Of a stretch of DNA of 64,000 nt, positions 25,301-34,129 are shown one piece after another (position 1 is the first letter of the stretch; each line of letters begins with the position of its first letter). The translations under genes and the position numbers were made by a program. Source of the DNA: Macrostomum hystrix (taxonomy: Eukaryota; Animalia; Platyhelminthes); assembly GCA_950097015.1 (NCBI GenBank), contig CATNEN010000024.1:3472001-3536000 (forward strand), written 5' to 3'. Under the pieces are notes generated by a model, which was given only the letters and a program-made list of their open reading frames with translations, was not told the origin of the DNA and did not search any database.

Positions 25301-28134
25301 TCATACATTCACCCAATTGATCATAAATTCACCCATTTGAGTCGACATTCACCCATTTGAGTCGGCATTCACCTATTTGAATGGGCATTCACCCATTTGA
25401 GTGGGCAAATGGAAAGGTTTAGCAAATTTTTCCCATCAGCAGCTTGTCTAATCTATGGGATTTACTCTGTGATGGGGTATACGCAGAGTCTGCTTTTATC
25501 CGCTGAGCTAATCCGTAACTCGCTGAAGTCGTTTGAATGGGGCCCAGCCCATGGGAAAGCCAGGAAATATGAACCGGACGGAGCCTCCAGCAAGGAGGAT
25601 GGATGCTTCCTTCTGCTGCTTCAAGAATTCCTTCAAGGCGGGCGACTCAGCTTACAAGAGAGAGAGAGAGTGAGTGAAGGGCGAGGCCAAGGCAAGAAGC
25701 TGGGACAGGTGAGGATAAATAGATCGCTATCCTTCCCTGCATGACTCGCAGCTGGCGATCCCCCCTACCCAACCAGGCCCAGGTGTAGGGAAAACGCTGG
25801 ATCTCGTAAAGAATAAGGAAATGGGAGAAATTCCCCATTGCACTATGCGGGTGTTGGGATAAGCGACAGGTGCTGCACATCTCCCAATCATTTTCTATCT
25901 CTCCCCTCATCTTCTTGTCGTCTTTCAGGTGAGCCAAGTGTCTTCGCTACTATCCCTTGAGGGGGAGGTAGCTCGGCGGATTAGGCGAAGATCACGCGGG
26001 AAGTGTTGGATTATCGATCCTTAATTCTCATCCATTCGATGCATACGAGATTAGCAATGACAGGGTCGGGACTTTAATCAAAGTGGATCTAGAAAGCACA
26101 GGGGACTAGATTACAGACAGGTGTTAATTAGAGACATCAAGGTTGAATCTTCAGGTCACCTCCGTGTACTGCACTGCTTGCCAACTCTCTAGTCTGCTTA
26201 TTTGGCTCAGATTATAAGTGCTCCAAGAGTTATTTCAGCTTTAATCTAGTCTCTCCAGTCTAGTCTGTCTCATCTAGTCTGTCTCATCTAGTCTGTCTCA
26301 TCTAGTCTGTCTCATCTAGTCTGTCTCATCTAGTCTGTCTCATCTAGTCTGTCTCATCTAGTCTGTCTCATCTAGTCTGTCTCATCTAGTCTGTCTCATC
26401 TAGTCTGTCTCATCTAGTCTGTCTCATCTAGTCTGTCTCATCTAGTCTGTCTCATCTAGTCTGTCTCATCTAGTCTGTCTCATCTAGTCTGTCTCATCTA
26501 GTCTGTCTCATCTAGTCTGTCTCATCTAGTCTGTCTCATCTAGTCTGTCTCATCTAGTCTGTCTCATCTAGTCTGTCTCATCTAGTCTGTCTCATCTAGT
26601 CTGTCTCATCTAGTCTGTCTCATCTAGTCTGTCTCATCTAGTCTGTCTCATCTAGTCTGTCTCATCTAGTCTGTCTCATCTAGTCTGTCTCATCTCTCCA
26701 GTGTCGGCTTCATCTCTCCAGTCTCGAGAGCCAATTCCAGCCTCTCCCATGGCCATCTTTAACTTTAGTTTCGCTCTAGTCGGCATTCGCGCAGTTGGTC
26801 TCAATTTCAGAATTCACGTATCTCCTGCCTTTTTTCCATGCTAATTCCCAATGGACCAGGACCCACCGATAAGCCGCCCAAAGCGCAGGGGGATAGTTTC
26901 ACTCATTGCAACTGTTTCGGGTTTGTTGAGGAAGTAGAGAAATTCATATTTTGTCCTGCAACTAGCAAACTTAAAGAGGTAGAATGTTCTAGTGTGTCAA
27001 GGCAGGCAGAAAACTAAAATAAACTCTAAAAGAAAATAGCGTGGCGCAAATTTTTTTGCCAAAAAAATTCTAGTCATTTTTTGTAGCAGCAAATCATTCG
27101 ACAATTGCAGCCTGTTCTTATACTTCTCTGCGCAGATGCTCTACGAGAATGGACTGGATTGAGTAAAACAGCGATGCTGAGATAGACAAGGTGAGATTGA
27201 GATGGTGAGATAGACAGGGTGAGATGGACAGGGTGAGATAGACAGGGTGAGATAGACAGGGTGAGATGGACAGGGTGAGATAGACAGAGTGAGATGGACA
27301 GGGTGAGATGGACAGGGTGAGATGGACAGAGTGAGATAGACAGGGTGCGATGGACAGGGTGAGATGGACAGGGTGAGATGGACAGGGTGAGATGGACAGG
27401 GTGAGATGGACAGAGTGAGATGGACAGGGTGAGATAGACAGGGTGAGATGGACAGGGTGAGATGGACAGAGTGAGATGGACAGGGTGAGATGGACAGGGT
27501 GAGATGGACAGGGTGAGATGGACAGGGTGAGATGGACAGGGTGAGATGGACAGGGTGAGATGGACAGGGTGAGATGGACAGGGTGAGATGGACAGGGTGA
27601 GATGGACAGGGTGAGATGGACAGGGTGAGATGGACAGGGTGAGATGGACAGGGTGAGATGGACAGGGTGAGATGGACAGGGTGAGATGGACAGGGTAAGA
27701 TGGACAGGGTGAGATGGACAGAGTGAGATGGACAGGGTGAGGAAACCGAGTTAGACACACAGTGTTAGACAGATGCAAAGTTTTTTATGCAAGCTCATGC
27801 AAAAACTTAACGATTGGCACTGTATGTGCTTTGTTTAAGATGCTTAGAATACCAAAAGAGTTATATAATTAAGAATTTATATCGTTTGAAAGTAAAACAA
27901 CTAAATTATTAAATAAGGAAAGGCGCAATTTTTATATTAAGAGTTAGAGTAAAATAGGAAAAAAGGAAAATGAGCAGCTTTTCGAATTTTCAGAAAAGAC
28001 AACAACAATCACTACTCACTTGGCGTTACCCAGTAAACTGCGAATGCAATTAGGCCCAGAATGGAGGCAATGACCACCAAGGCGATGACGATGCCCTTGA
28101 TGTTCTTCTGCGCCGGCGCGTTGCCAACGAGCTC
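4153..28134 (-). CDS. Dipeptidyl peptidase IV-family (S9B, DPP4/DPP6/DPP10-like) type II membrane protein, common coding region of 17 exons
   Basis: Exons joined by hand: 28134-28020, 20220-20113, 19338-19232, 19153-19085, 18863-18802, 18621-18525, 17987-17864, 17385-16991, 16092-15955, 15492-15338, 14535-14372, 13775-13559, 10943-10582, 6842-6781, 6711-6639, 6562-6489, 4323-4153. All introns GT-AG, phases match, total 2493 nt = 830 aa plus TGA. Motifs: TM segment, [53 protein letters not shown]. Exact orthology not resolvable without a tree. Confidence 0.95.
4400..6245. repeat. 26-bp minisatellite TTGTGACCAAGTGAAGGATCTGAGGG with 780-bp higher-order period
   Basis: Variant block ACCATGTGAAGGATGTGTAGATTGTTACC recurs at 4747 and 5527. 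Confidence 0.97.
6489..6562 (-). CDS. DPP4-family exon
   Basis: ttgcag|AT AAT GTG CAT: (D)[24 protein letters not shown]|gtgaga; phase 1 to 0. Confidence 0.93.
6639..6711 (-). CDS. DPP4-family exon (catalytic Asp)
   Basis: ctccag|[24 protein letters not shown]|gtaagc; phase 0 to 1. Confidence 0.93.
6781..6842 (-). CDS. DPP4-family exon
   Basis: ttgcag|(N)[20 protein letters not shown]|gtgact; phase 1 to 0. Confidence 0.92.
6851..7427 (-). mobile_element. tRNA-derived SINE, family 1, 5'-truncated, internally deleted, MITE-interrupted
   Basis: Reverse complement matches 2916-3170 in blocks (GTTCGATTCCACGGCGAGGCCACAT; CCTCCTCGCTGGCTGCGGGTCTAGTGT); (ATT/ACT) tail at 6852-6870. Confidence 0.75.
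7018..7337. mobile_element. Foldback MITE with 9-bp TSD (Mutator-like or Merlin-like) inserted in a SINE
   Basis: TSD AATTGCACG at 7009-7017 and 7338-7346; imperfect TIRs GGGG..TCACAA.CTCGAAATTTCACAAC; inner inverted pair ACTAAAATAGCAGCTACCTTCA and TGAAGGTAGCTGCTATTTTAGT. Confidence 0.8.
8180..10345. repeat. 20-bp minisatellite CACA(TT/CG)GTCACTCTCTAACA
   Basis: About 108 units; degenerate tail to about 10500. Confidence 0.97.
10582..10943 (-). CDS. DPP4-family exon (catalytic Ser, GWSYGG)
   Basis: ccgcag|(V)[17 protein letters not shown]...IDGRGT...FGWSYGGF...[12 protein letters not shown]|gtgagt; Ser codon TCG at 10693-10691. Confidence 0.96.
11110..13490. repeat. 39-bp minisatellite with related 24-bp units
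   Basis: GTTTGAAGAGGTCCAGTTGATACAGTTAAAGAGGACTGT; 24-mers at the start and near 11930-12120. Confidence 0.97.
13559..13775 (-). CDS. DPP4-family exon
   Basis: cggcag|(E)[18 protein letters not shown]...[21 protein letters not shown](V)|gttagt; phase 1 to 2. Confidence 0.9.
14071..14210. repeat. 25-bp minisatellite CCCTGCACTCTTCCGCCTTGGCACT
   Basis: About 5.5 units; shares CCCTGCACTCTTCCGC with 17460-17861. Confidence 0.9.
14372..14535 (-). CDS. DPP4-family exon (Cys-rich propeller segment)
   Basis: ccgcag|(R)[44 protein letters not shown]...SYE|gtaaat; phase 2 to 1. Confidence 0.92.
15147..15335. repeat. (TCAG)n microsatellite
   Basis: About 47 perfect units abutting the donor at 15336-15337. 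Confidence 0.97.
15338..15492 (-). CDS. DPP4-family exon
   Basis: tttcag|[35 protein letters not shown]...MHVH(R)|gtaact; phase 0 to 2. Confidence 0.9.
15955..16092 (-). CDS. DPP4-family exon
   Basis: ctctag|[46 protein letters not shown]|gtaagg; phase 0 to 0. Confidence 0.88.
16545..16890. repeat. Degenerate minisatellite of about 21 bp, TGACTCAGGGATTCCCCTT
   Basis: Repeated TGACTCAGGGATT cores. Confidence 0.85.
16991..17385 (-). CDS. DPP4-family exon
   Basis: gaacag|(E)[26 protein letters not shown]...IRYPKAG...WVNRNQD...PCKL|gtgaga; phase 1 to 0. Confidence 0.95.
17460..17861. repeat. 24-bp minisatellite CCCTACTCCCT(A/G)CACTCTTCCGCT
   Basis: Tandem units running up to the donor at 17862-17863. 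Confidence 0.93.
17864..17987 (-). CDS. DPP4-family exon
   Basis: ccgtag|[41 protein letters not shown]|gtagcg; phase 0 to 1. Confidence 0.94.
18088..18507. repeat. 18-bp G-rich minisatellite GGCGGAGGCAGAGGAG(T/A)G
   Basis: About 23 units. Confidence 0.96.
18525..18621 (-). CDS. DPP4-family exon
   Basis: tcgcag|(G)[32 protein letters not shown]|gtgagt; phase 2 to 0. Confidence 0.85.
18802..18863 (-). CDS. DPP4-family exon
   Basis: ttttag|[20 protein letters not shown]|gtgaga; phase 0 to 2; resembles the DPP4 WRHSYTASY segment. Confidence 0.9.
19085..19153 (-). CDS. DPP4-family exon
   Basis: ttccag|[23 protein letters not shown]|gttagc; phase 0 to 0. Confidence 0.83.
19232..19338 (-). CDS. 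DPP4-family exon
   Basis: ccgcag|(D)[35 protein letters not shown]|gtaatg; phase 1 to 0. Confidence 0.82.
19420..20030. repeat. Degenerate tandem repeat of about 110-130 bp
   Basis: Recurring CTACCCCAGCT(G/A/T)AAAACTTT, CCAACCACCTCACTCC and GTGAATGTTAATTCT blocks. Confidence 0.8.
20113..20220 (-). CDS. DPP4-family exon
   Basis: ttgcag|(R)[35 protein letters not shown]|gtaggg; phase 1 to 1. Confidence 0.82.
20669..21183. mobile_element. hAT (Charlie-like) MITE containing a 16-bp satellite
   Basis: TIRs CAGGGGTCGGCAAACT and AGTTTGCCTACCCCTG; flanks TACTAGAT and TACTAGTA (imperfect 8-bp TSD around CTAG); subterminal CGGCCCGC motifs. Confidence 0.8.
20755..21100. repeat. S16 satellite variant GTGTCTAATCTCTCCC inside the hAT MITE
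   Basis: Reverse complement of the unit at 1-1003. Confidence 0.93.
21229..21757. mobile_element. Possible MITE bounded by inverted repeats
   Basis: CCCCCTGACAATTTTTTTTGCTGCACCCGAA at the left and TTCGGGCGCTGCCAAAAAAATTGTCAGGGGG at the right; no clear TSD. Confidence 0.45.
21785..21905 (-). mobile_element. tRNA-like SINE head or tRNA pseudogene fragment
   Basis: Minus strand TAGCCCACTGGTTAAGG (A box) and GAGTTCGAATCTC (B box); I could not fold a full cloverleaf. Confidence 0.45.
22800..23330. repeat. Minisatellite of about 20 bp, ATTTGTCTGTTAGACAGGGC
   Basis: Tandem units with a GTCT-gtt-AGAC mini-hairpin. Confidence 0.92.
23785..25400. repeat. 20-bp minisatellite CATTCACCCATTTGA(GTCGG/TCATG/TCATA)
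   Basis: About 80 units; variant block repeated at 24201, 24421 and 24781. Confidence 0.97.
26270..26695. repeat. 14-bp minisatellite GTCTCATCTAGTCT
   Basis: About 30 essentially perfect units. Confidence 0.97.
27175..27740. repeat. 14-bp minisatellite GAGATGGACAGGGT
   Basis: About 40 units. Confidence 0.97.
28020..28134 (-). CDS. DPP4-family signal-anchor exon (first common exon)
   Basis: aaccag|[38 protein letters not shown]|gtgagt; 115 nt, phase 0 to 1; closely resembles the DPP6 [22 protein letters not shown] exon; no in-exon ATG. Confidence 0.93.
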
Positions 28135-28302
28135 CTGGTTGAAGGTTCGCAAATATCGAAATCATGTTTCTTCATATGAATCATATGATATGAAACTAAA
28201 TCACATGAAAACATTCATCAATATTAGAAAAAGAGTCGATTTAAACAAAAAAGTTTTTTTCTAACATGTAGAACTCTGGGTCACCTGCCAGATACGAAGG
28301 TA

Positions 28303-30065
28303 ATCTCTCCCGTGTCTCATCTCTCCCGTGTCTCATCCCTACCGCGTCTCATCTCTCCCGTGTCTCATCCCTCCCGTGTCTCATCTCTCCCGTGTCTCAT
28401 CTCTCCCGTGTCTCATCTCTCCCGTGTCTCATCTATCCTATGTCTCATCTCTCCCGTGTCTTATCTCTCCCGTGTCTCATCTATCCTATGTCTCATCTCT
28501 CCCGTGTCTCATCTCTCCCGTGTCTCATCACCCCCGTGTCTCATCACCCCCGTGTCTCATCTCTCCCGCGTCTCATCTCTCCCGTGTCTCATCTCTCCCG
28601 TGTCTCATCTCTCCCGTGTCTCATCTCTCCCGTGTCTCATCTCTCCCGTGTCTCATCTCTCCCGTGTCTCATCTCTCCCGTGTCTCATCTCTCCCGTGTC
28701 TCATCTATCCTATGTCTCATCTCTCCCGTGTCTTATCTCTCCCGTGTCTCATCTATCCTATGTCTCATCTCTCCCGTGTCTCATCTCTCCCGTGTCTCAT
28801 CACCCCCGTGTCTCATCACCCCCGTGTCTCATCTCTCCCGCGTCTCATCTCTCCCGTGTCTCATCTCTCCCGTGTCTCATCTCTCCCGTGTCTCATCTCT
28901 CCCGTGTCTCATCTCTCCCGTGTCTCATCTCTCCCGTGTCTCATCACCCCCGTGTCTCATCTCTCCCGCGTCTCATCTCTCCCGTGTCTCATCTCTCCCG
29001 TGTCTCATCTCTCCCGTGTCTCATCTCTCCCGTGTCTCATCTCTCCCGTGTCTCATCTATCCTATGTCTCATCTCTCCCGTGTCTCATCTCTCCCGTGTC
29101 TCATCTATCCTATGTCTCATCTCTCCTGTGTCTCATCACCCCCGTGTCTCATCTCTCCCGTGTCTCATCTCTCCCGTGTCTCATCTCTCCAATGTCTCAT
29201 CTCTCCCGTGTCTTATCTCTCCCGTGTCTCATCTATCCTATGTCTCATCTCTCCCGTGTCTCATCTCTCCCGTGTCTCATCACCCCCGTGTCTCATCACC
29301 CCCGTGTCTCATCTCTCCCGCGTCTCATCTCTCCCGTGTCTCATCTCTCCCGTGTCTCATCTCTCCCGTGTCTCATCTCTCCCGTGTCTCATCTCTCCCG
29401 TGTCTCATCTCTCCCGTGTCTCATCACCCCCGTGTCTCATCTCTCCCGCGTCTCATCTCTCCCGTGTCTCATCTCTCCCGTGTCTCATCTCTCCCGTGTC
29501 TCATCTCTCCCGTGTCTCATCTCTCCCGTGTCTCATCTATCCTATGTCTCATCTCTCCCGTGTCTCATCTCTCCCGTGTCTCATCTATCCTATGTCTCAT
29601 CTCTCCTGTGTCTCATCACCCCCGTGTCTCATCTCTCCCGTGTCTCATCTCTCCCGTGTCTCATCTCTCCAATGTCTCATCACTCCCGTGTCTCATCTCT
29701 CCCGTGTCTGATCTCTCTCGTGTCTCATCTCTCCTGTGTCTCATCTCTCCCTTGTCTGATCTCTCTCGTGTCTTATCTCTCCTGTGTCTCATCTCTCCCT
29801 TGTCTCATCTCTCCCGTGTCTCATCTCTCCCGTGTCTCATCTCTCCAGTGTCTCATCTCTCCCGTGTCTCATCTCTTCCGTGTCTCATCTCTCCTATCTC
29901 TCATCCCTCCCGCGCCTCATCTCTCCTGTGTCTCATCTCTCCCGTGTCTGATCTCTCTCGTGTCTCATCTCTCCTGTGTCTCATCTCTCCCTTGTCGTAT
30001 CTCTCCCCTGTCTCATCTCTCCCTAGTCGTATCTCTCCCTTGTCTTATATCAGCTGTGTCTCATC
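28303..30065. repeat. S16 satellite CCGTGTCTCATCTCTC with 480-bp higher-order block
   Basis: About 110 units; CTCTCCAATGTC variant near 29190 and 29670. Confidence 0.97.
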
Positions 30066-31008
30066 TAGATTAGACTAGATTAGATTAGACTAACTAGATA
30101 GCTGCTGGACGCTAAACTGCATCACAGTAGGCTTAAATAATAAAATGGTCTATAAGAATAATAAGGTAAATAAGGCACCAATTGGACGATCGATTGCTTC
30201 TGGCAGATGAGAGATAGAAATAAGTCGATTAATTTTCTTGGTTCTTCATCTCCAACAGGGGAATTCAGTCAGGCAATTCTCTGGTGAGCTTAACAGCTGG
30301 TAGCGAATCGACTGTCAGACCGGGCACCGGAGAGATCAAAGGCGCCGCCGCGCCGAAATCGGCTGGCAAGAAGCCGACGAAAGCACGTGAGCAAGCGAGC
30401 GAAAGGCCGGTTGTAAAATCAGCCAAAATTTATGGGATTGGTCTATTTTGTGGGCAAAGTCTTTGGGCAAGCGCTTGTTAATTGAATGGTTTGCCTACGG
30501 AAGCTTTGAAACTTTTTTGGTGATTGTTAATCCTTGGTTCTGGAACATTGTGCAGCTGTGTCTCGCGCTTAAAGGCTCTTAAGGTCCTGAGTTCGAAACT
30601 CGGGGAGTTATTTTCTAGAAAGAAAACTATCTTAAGAAAGAAATCCATTCAAAGAGAGAAAGCGATGTCCAGAAAAACAACAACAATTTTAAGATCGTAT
30701 TTTCTCCGCCAACTGTTCTAAGAAAGACGAATTCCAGGAAAGTAGATCATTCCAAGAAAGCTATTTATTTTAAAGTTTCATTCGAATACAACAAATTACT
30801 TAAAGGAAAAAATTAAAAGGAAGAAAATGCTCCATGATAGCAAGAAATATTGAAGACAGAAAGAGAATAATTCCAAAAAGGCAAATTGTTTCTAAAAGCT
30901 TTCTAAGAAAGAACCCGATTTAAAACCTCTAATTCCTCCAAAACAAAATTTGGAGGCACTCGCCAATCATCATGACACAAAGTATGCTAGTTAAAAATAA
31001 AAACTTAC

Positions 31009-31047
31009 TTCATTGAGTGGCACAGCCTGTTGCTTAGCAACCTCCAT
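31009..31047 (-). CDS. Candidate alternative N-terminal exon F
   Basis: gagcATGG context; MEVAKQQAVPLNE|gtaagt (consensus donor), phase 0; acceptor-like ctctctttgcttag 92 nt upstream with no intervening ATG. Confidence 0.62.
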
Positions 31048-31293
31048 GCTCCCAGTGGACTAAACTCAGTGATGTTGTTGACTAGACAACCAATCTGATC
31101 TCCTGATGTGTGTCCCTATCGATTGCTGTCTTTAGCTGTCTAAGCAAAGAGAGGCAAATCCTACTTGCCTCAGGTCCTTTTATCGTTTGCTAATCCAATA
31201 GTTGCTATGCGGCCAGGGAGAATTTTAGCCAATCGCGTTCGTCCTCTGACTAGCTAGCTCTGTCACACTCTCTTCTCTCTACTATCTTGGGTG

Positions 31294-31596
31294 TGTGATG
31301 TTATTCAATGGACTCTTGAATGTTATTCAATGCGTTCACTCTGCACCACTTTGTATTATGGCTTTGCTACCATTGATTGTTTATGTCTGTCGGTCCTTAG
31401 TGCAAGCTGAGTTGTTTACCAGTGTCACGCGTGGCTTGCGTGCTGGTTGAGGTGGCTGGCCCGCGGGGCCCAGCCGTGCCCTAAGCCCTAGGGTCAAATA
31501 GAACAGAGCGATAATATAAGGAGCCGCAACTCCCAACTGACTCGCTACGTTCTAGTGAATCAATTCTTGGCCAGCCTTCAGTCTTAAGTCATTACA
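31294..31596 (+). repeat. 5' LTR
   Basis: Direct repeat of 35288-35590; TG...CA ends. Confidence 0.97.
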
Positions 31597-31598
31597 AA

Positions 31599-31608
31599 TG
31601 GCGACGAG
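31599..31608 (+). promoter_or_regulatory. Primer binding site, probably tRNA-Ser(GCU)
   Basis: TGGCGACGAG 2 nt after the 5' LTR, complementary to a ...CUCGUCGCCA tRNA 3' end; overlaps the gag ATG at 31598. Confidence 0.7.
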
Positions 31609-31774
31609 TTCCGCGCTAGGTGGCATCCCCGTGCTCTCCGCTAACACAGATATCGATGTATATCTGGAGAGACTAGATCACTACTTCACATGCAAAGATG
31701 TGAAAGAGGAGGCGAAGGTGGTCACACTTGTCACGGCAATCGGCGCGGAGGCCTACACGGTGCTACGCAATCTG

Positions 31775-32246
31775 GGCAATATTACTACTTCCGTTCGTTA
31801 TATTATTTTTTCGTTTGAATTCGTGCCACACGTGCATTCTGAGTTTGAAAAGTTGTGCTGACGTGGCTTTGCCGTGACTTGACACTTGGATCTATGTCTA
31901 TGGCAAAATCTGGCAAATATGGGGGAACAGGAAGCTAAGGCACAGAAACTCTGCAGCTGAAGATTTTGCGAAGGCCAAGCTGCGTCAAATGCATGACACG
32001 AGTGCTGCTCTATTCGAAAGCCACCTCGAAGAATTCTTATGGCGCTGTCAATACCCCAAGAATAGCTTCGGTGCCCTCCTCTACTGGATTAGGCACTTAC
32101 CCGGTTTGAAAGAAGAAAGACTGACCAAGACTTTTCAGAACTGTCTGACCAAACTACGACTTTTTGTTACCGTTAAAAATGTTTTTGTCGTTATCTGTCG
32201 TTTGCAAACAAAAAAATAATATAACGAACGGAAGTAGAACATTGCC
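31775..32246 (+). mobile_element. Merlin/IS1595-like non-autonomous DNA transposon nested in gag
   Basis: About 37-bp TIRs GGCAAT(A/G)TT(A/-)CTACTTCCGTTCGTTATATTATTTTTT; 8-bp TSD GCAATCTG (31767-31774, 32247-32254; could also be read as 9 bp); internal remnant KLRQMHDTSAALFESHLEEFLWR resembles the C-terminus of ISXO2/Merlin transposases. Confidence 0.8.
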
Positions 32247-33309
32247 GCAATCTGTGCCAGCCTGACAAGGTAGCGGACAAGACGCTGGACCAGCTGTCTG
32301 AGATTCTGCGCGACCACTATGCACCGAAGCCTTCAGTGCTGGCAGCTCGATTTCGTTTCCAGCGGCGCGTGCAGCAACCCGGCGAGAGTTTCACAGACTT
32401 TGTCGCTGGCTTGAAGGCCTTGTCCGCTCATTGCGCCTTCCAGAACTCATTGGAGGAGCGGCTGCGCGACCAGCTTGTCTTCGGACTGTACAGCGACGCC
32501 TTCCGTGCGAAGCTCCTGGAGGAGGTGAATCCCACATTCAAATCGCTGCAGGAGAAAATGCTCCTCCTTGAGTCAACCGAGCGATCCTCGCAGGAGATGG
32601 CAAGTAAGCCGGCGGCGGCCGTGCCCAGTTGCGCACGCATGGAGGCAAGCGGAGCCAGCGCCGAGGTGCCACTCCAGCTGCACTCGGCGGCGACTCTCCA
32701 CATCAACGAAGCGTCAAGGGCGGAAATAGCGGCAACTTAGGCAAAGGCGGAGGAGACAACGGCCGAGATGGTGGAACCTGCGCAAGCTATGGTGGCGCCC
32801 ACAGCCGTCAACTCTGCAAGCTGCGAGACGCCAAATGCCATTCATGCGGCAAGACGGGCCACATCCGCAAGGTCTGCCGCTCGCCCAAGCTGCAGCTTCT
32901 GCAGGAAACCTCGCCTTCGTCACCGGATGCCTCGTCGCAGATGCCGATTTTCACCGTCCAGCTGCCCTGTGGCAGCTTAGGACCGACGGTGCAGCTACAA
33001 GTGAACGGGCGCCAGTGCCAGTTCATCATCGACACAGGCTCCGCTGTCACTCTGTTGCCGCAGAATTTGCAGCGGACTCGGAGGCTTCTGCCGCAGCTCC
33101 CACTGACGCCATCAACCGCCGTCCTGCGCACCTTCACCGACGAACGATTTCGCCCCATCGGCCAGGCGGTGGTCACCGTCAAGCACAATAGCCAGCATCT
33201 GCAGCTCCCGCTGCTTGTCGTCACGCAGGGCGAATCGGCGCTGCTCGGACGGGACTGGCTGGCTAAGCTGCGGCTGGACTGGTCGAGCATCATGGCGCAG
33301 GTCCTTGGC

Positions 33310-33900
33310 GCTCGTTTCTTGGAATGCTGGCGCAGTACGGCAAGTTCCTGCCGAATCTATCCACCGTGCTGGCGCCGCTGCATCAGCTCCTGGTCAAGAA
33401 CACGCGCTGGTCCTGGGAACGGCCGCAGCAGCAAGCGTTCGCCGAGGCAAAGCGGCTGCTGCTTCGGTCCCCGGTGCTCGTGCACTACAGCCCGGACCTG
33501 CCGCTGCGATTGGAGTGCGACGCCTCTCCCTACGCCTTGGCGTAGTGCTGACGCACCGCATCGGCGACAAGGACTGCGCGGTCGCCTTCGCTAGCCGGAG
33601 CCTGAACACGGCACAGCGCGGCTACTCGCAACTGGACAAGGAGGCGCTGGCCATCATGTTCGGCCTGGACCGCTTCCACCAGTTCCTCTACGGCCACCGC
33701 TTCACCATCGTCACTGACCATCTGCCGCTGCTGGGGCTGCTAGGCGAGCGCAAGGGCATCCCGGCGCATGCGGCCGCCCGCATGCAGCGCTGGGCCTCCG
33801 CCTGGCGAGCTACGACTATGCGCTCGAGTTCCTGCCGACGGAGAAGCACGCTAACTGCGACTCGCTCTCGCGACTGCCGCTGCCGCAGCTGTTCGAGGAG
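33310..33900 (+). pseudogene. Gypsy RT connection and RNase H, frameshifted
   Basis: RSFLGMLAQYGKFLPNLSTVLAPLHQLL...LECDASPYAL, then VAFASRSLNTAQRGYSQLDKEALAIMFGLDRFHQFLYGHRFTIVTDH in another frame. Confidence 0.9.
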
Positions 33901-34129
33901 GAGGCGGCTGTCAACTCGCTGCTACTCGACGAGGGGGCCGGATCGGCCGTCACGGCGCAGACGGTGGAGCGACACACGCGGACAGACGCATCGCTGGGCC
34001 GCGTGCTACGCTGCCTGCAGACTGGGGCGCCCATCGGCGCCGAGCTGAGCGACTGCGCCCGGCGGCAGACGGAGCTGTCGGTTGACCAAGGCTGCGTGTT
34101 GTGGGGCGCCAGAGTCGTAGTACCAGCGG

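Larger units (their letters stand above)
31598..33296 (+). pseudogene. Gypsy gag-protease, interrupted and frameshifted
   Basis: MATSS...EAYTVLRNL resumes as CQPDKVADKTLDQLSEILRDHYAPKPSVLAARFRFQRRVQQPGES after the insert; zinc knuckle CHSCGKTGHIRKVC; protease IIDTGSAVT...LLGRDWL; frameshift near 32630. Confidence 0.9.

Noticed and set aside
28285-28320. Phase-0 mini exon MRHGRDYLRIWQ|gtgacc 150 bp from the TM exon
   Set aside because: The ATG comes from the S16 satellite, which supplies an ATG every 16 bp, so an in-frame start is expected by chance.
31029-31041. GTTGCTTAGCAAC palindrome resembling an RFX X-box
   Set aside because: Falls inside the coding part of candidate exon F (EVAKQ codons); a single short match is not enough to call a site.
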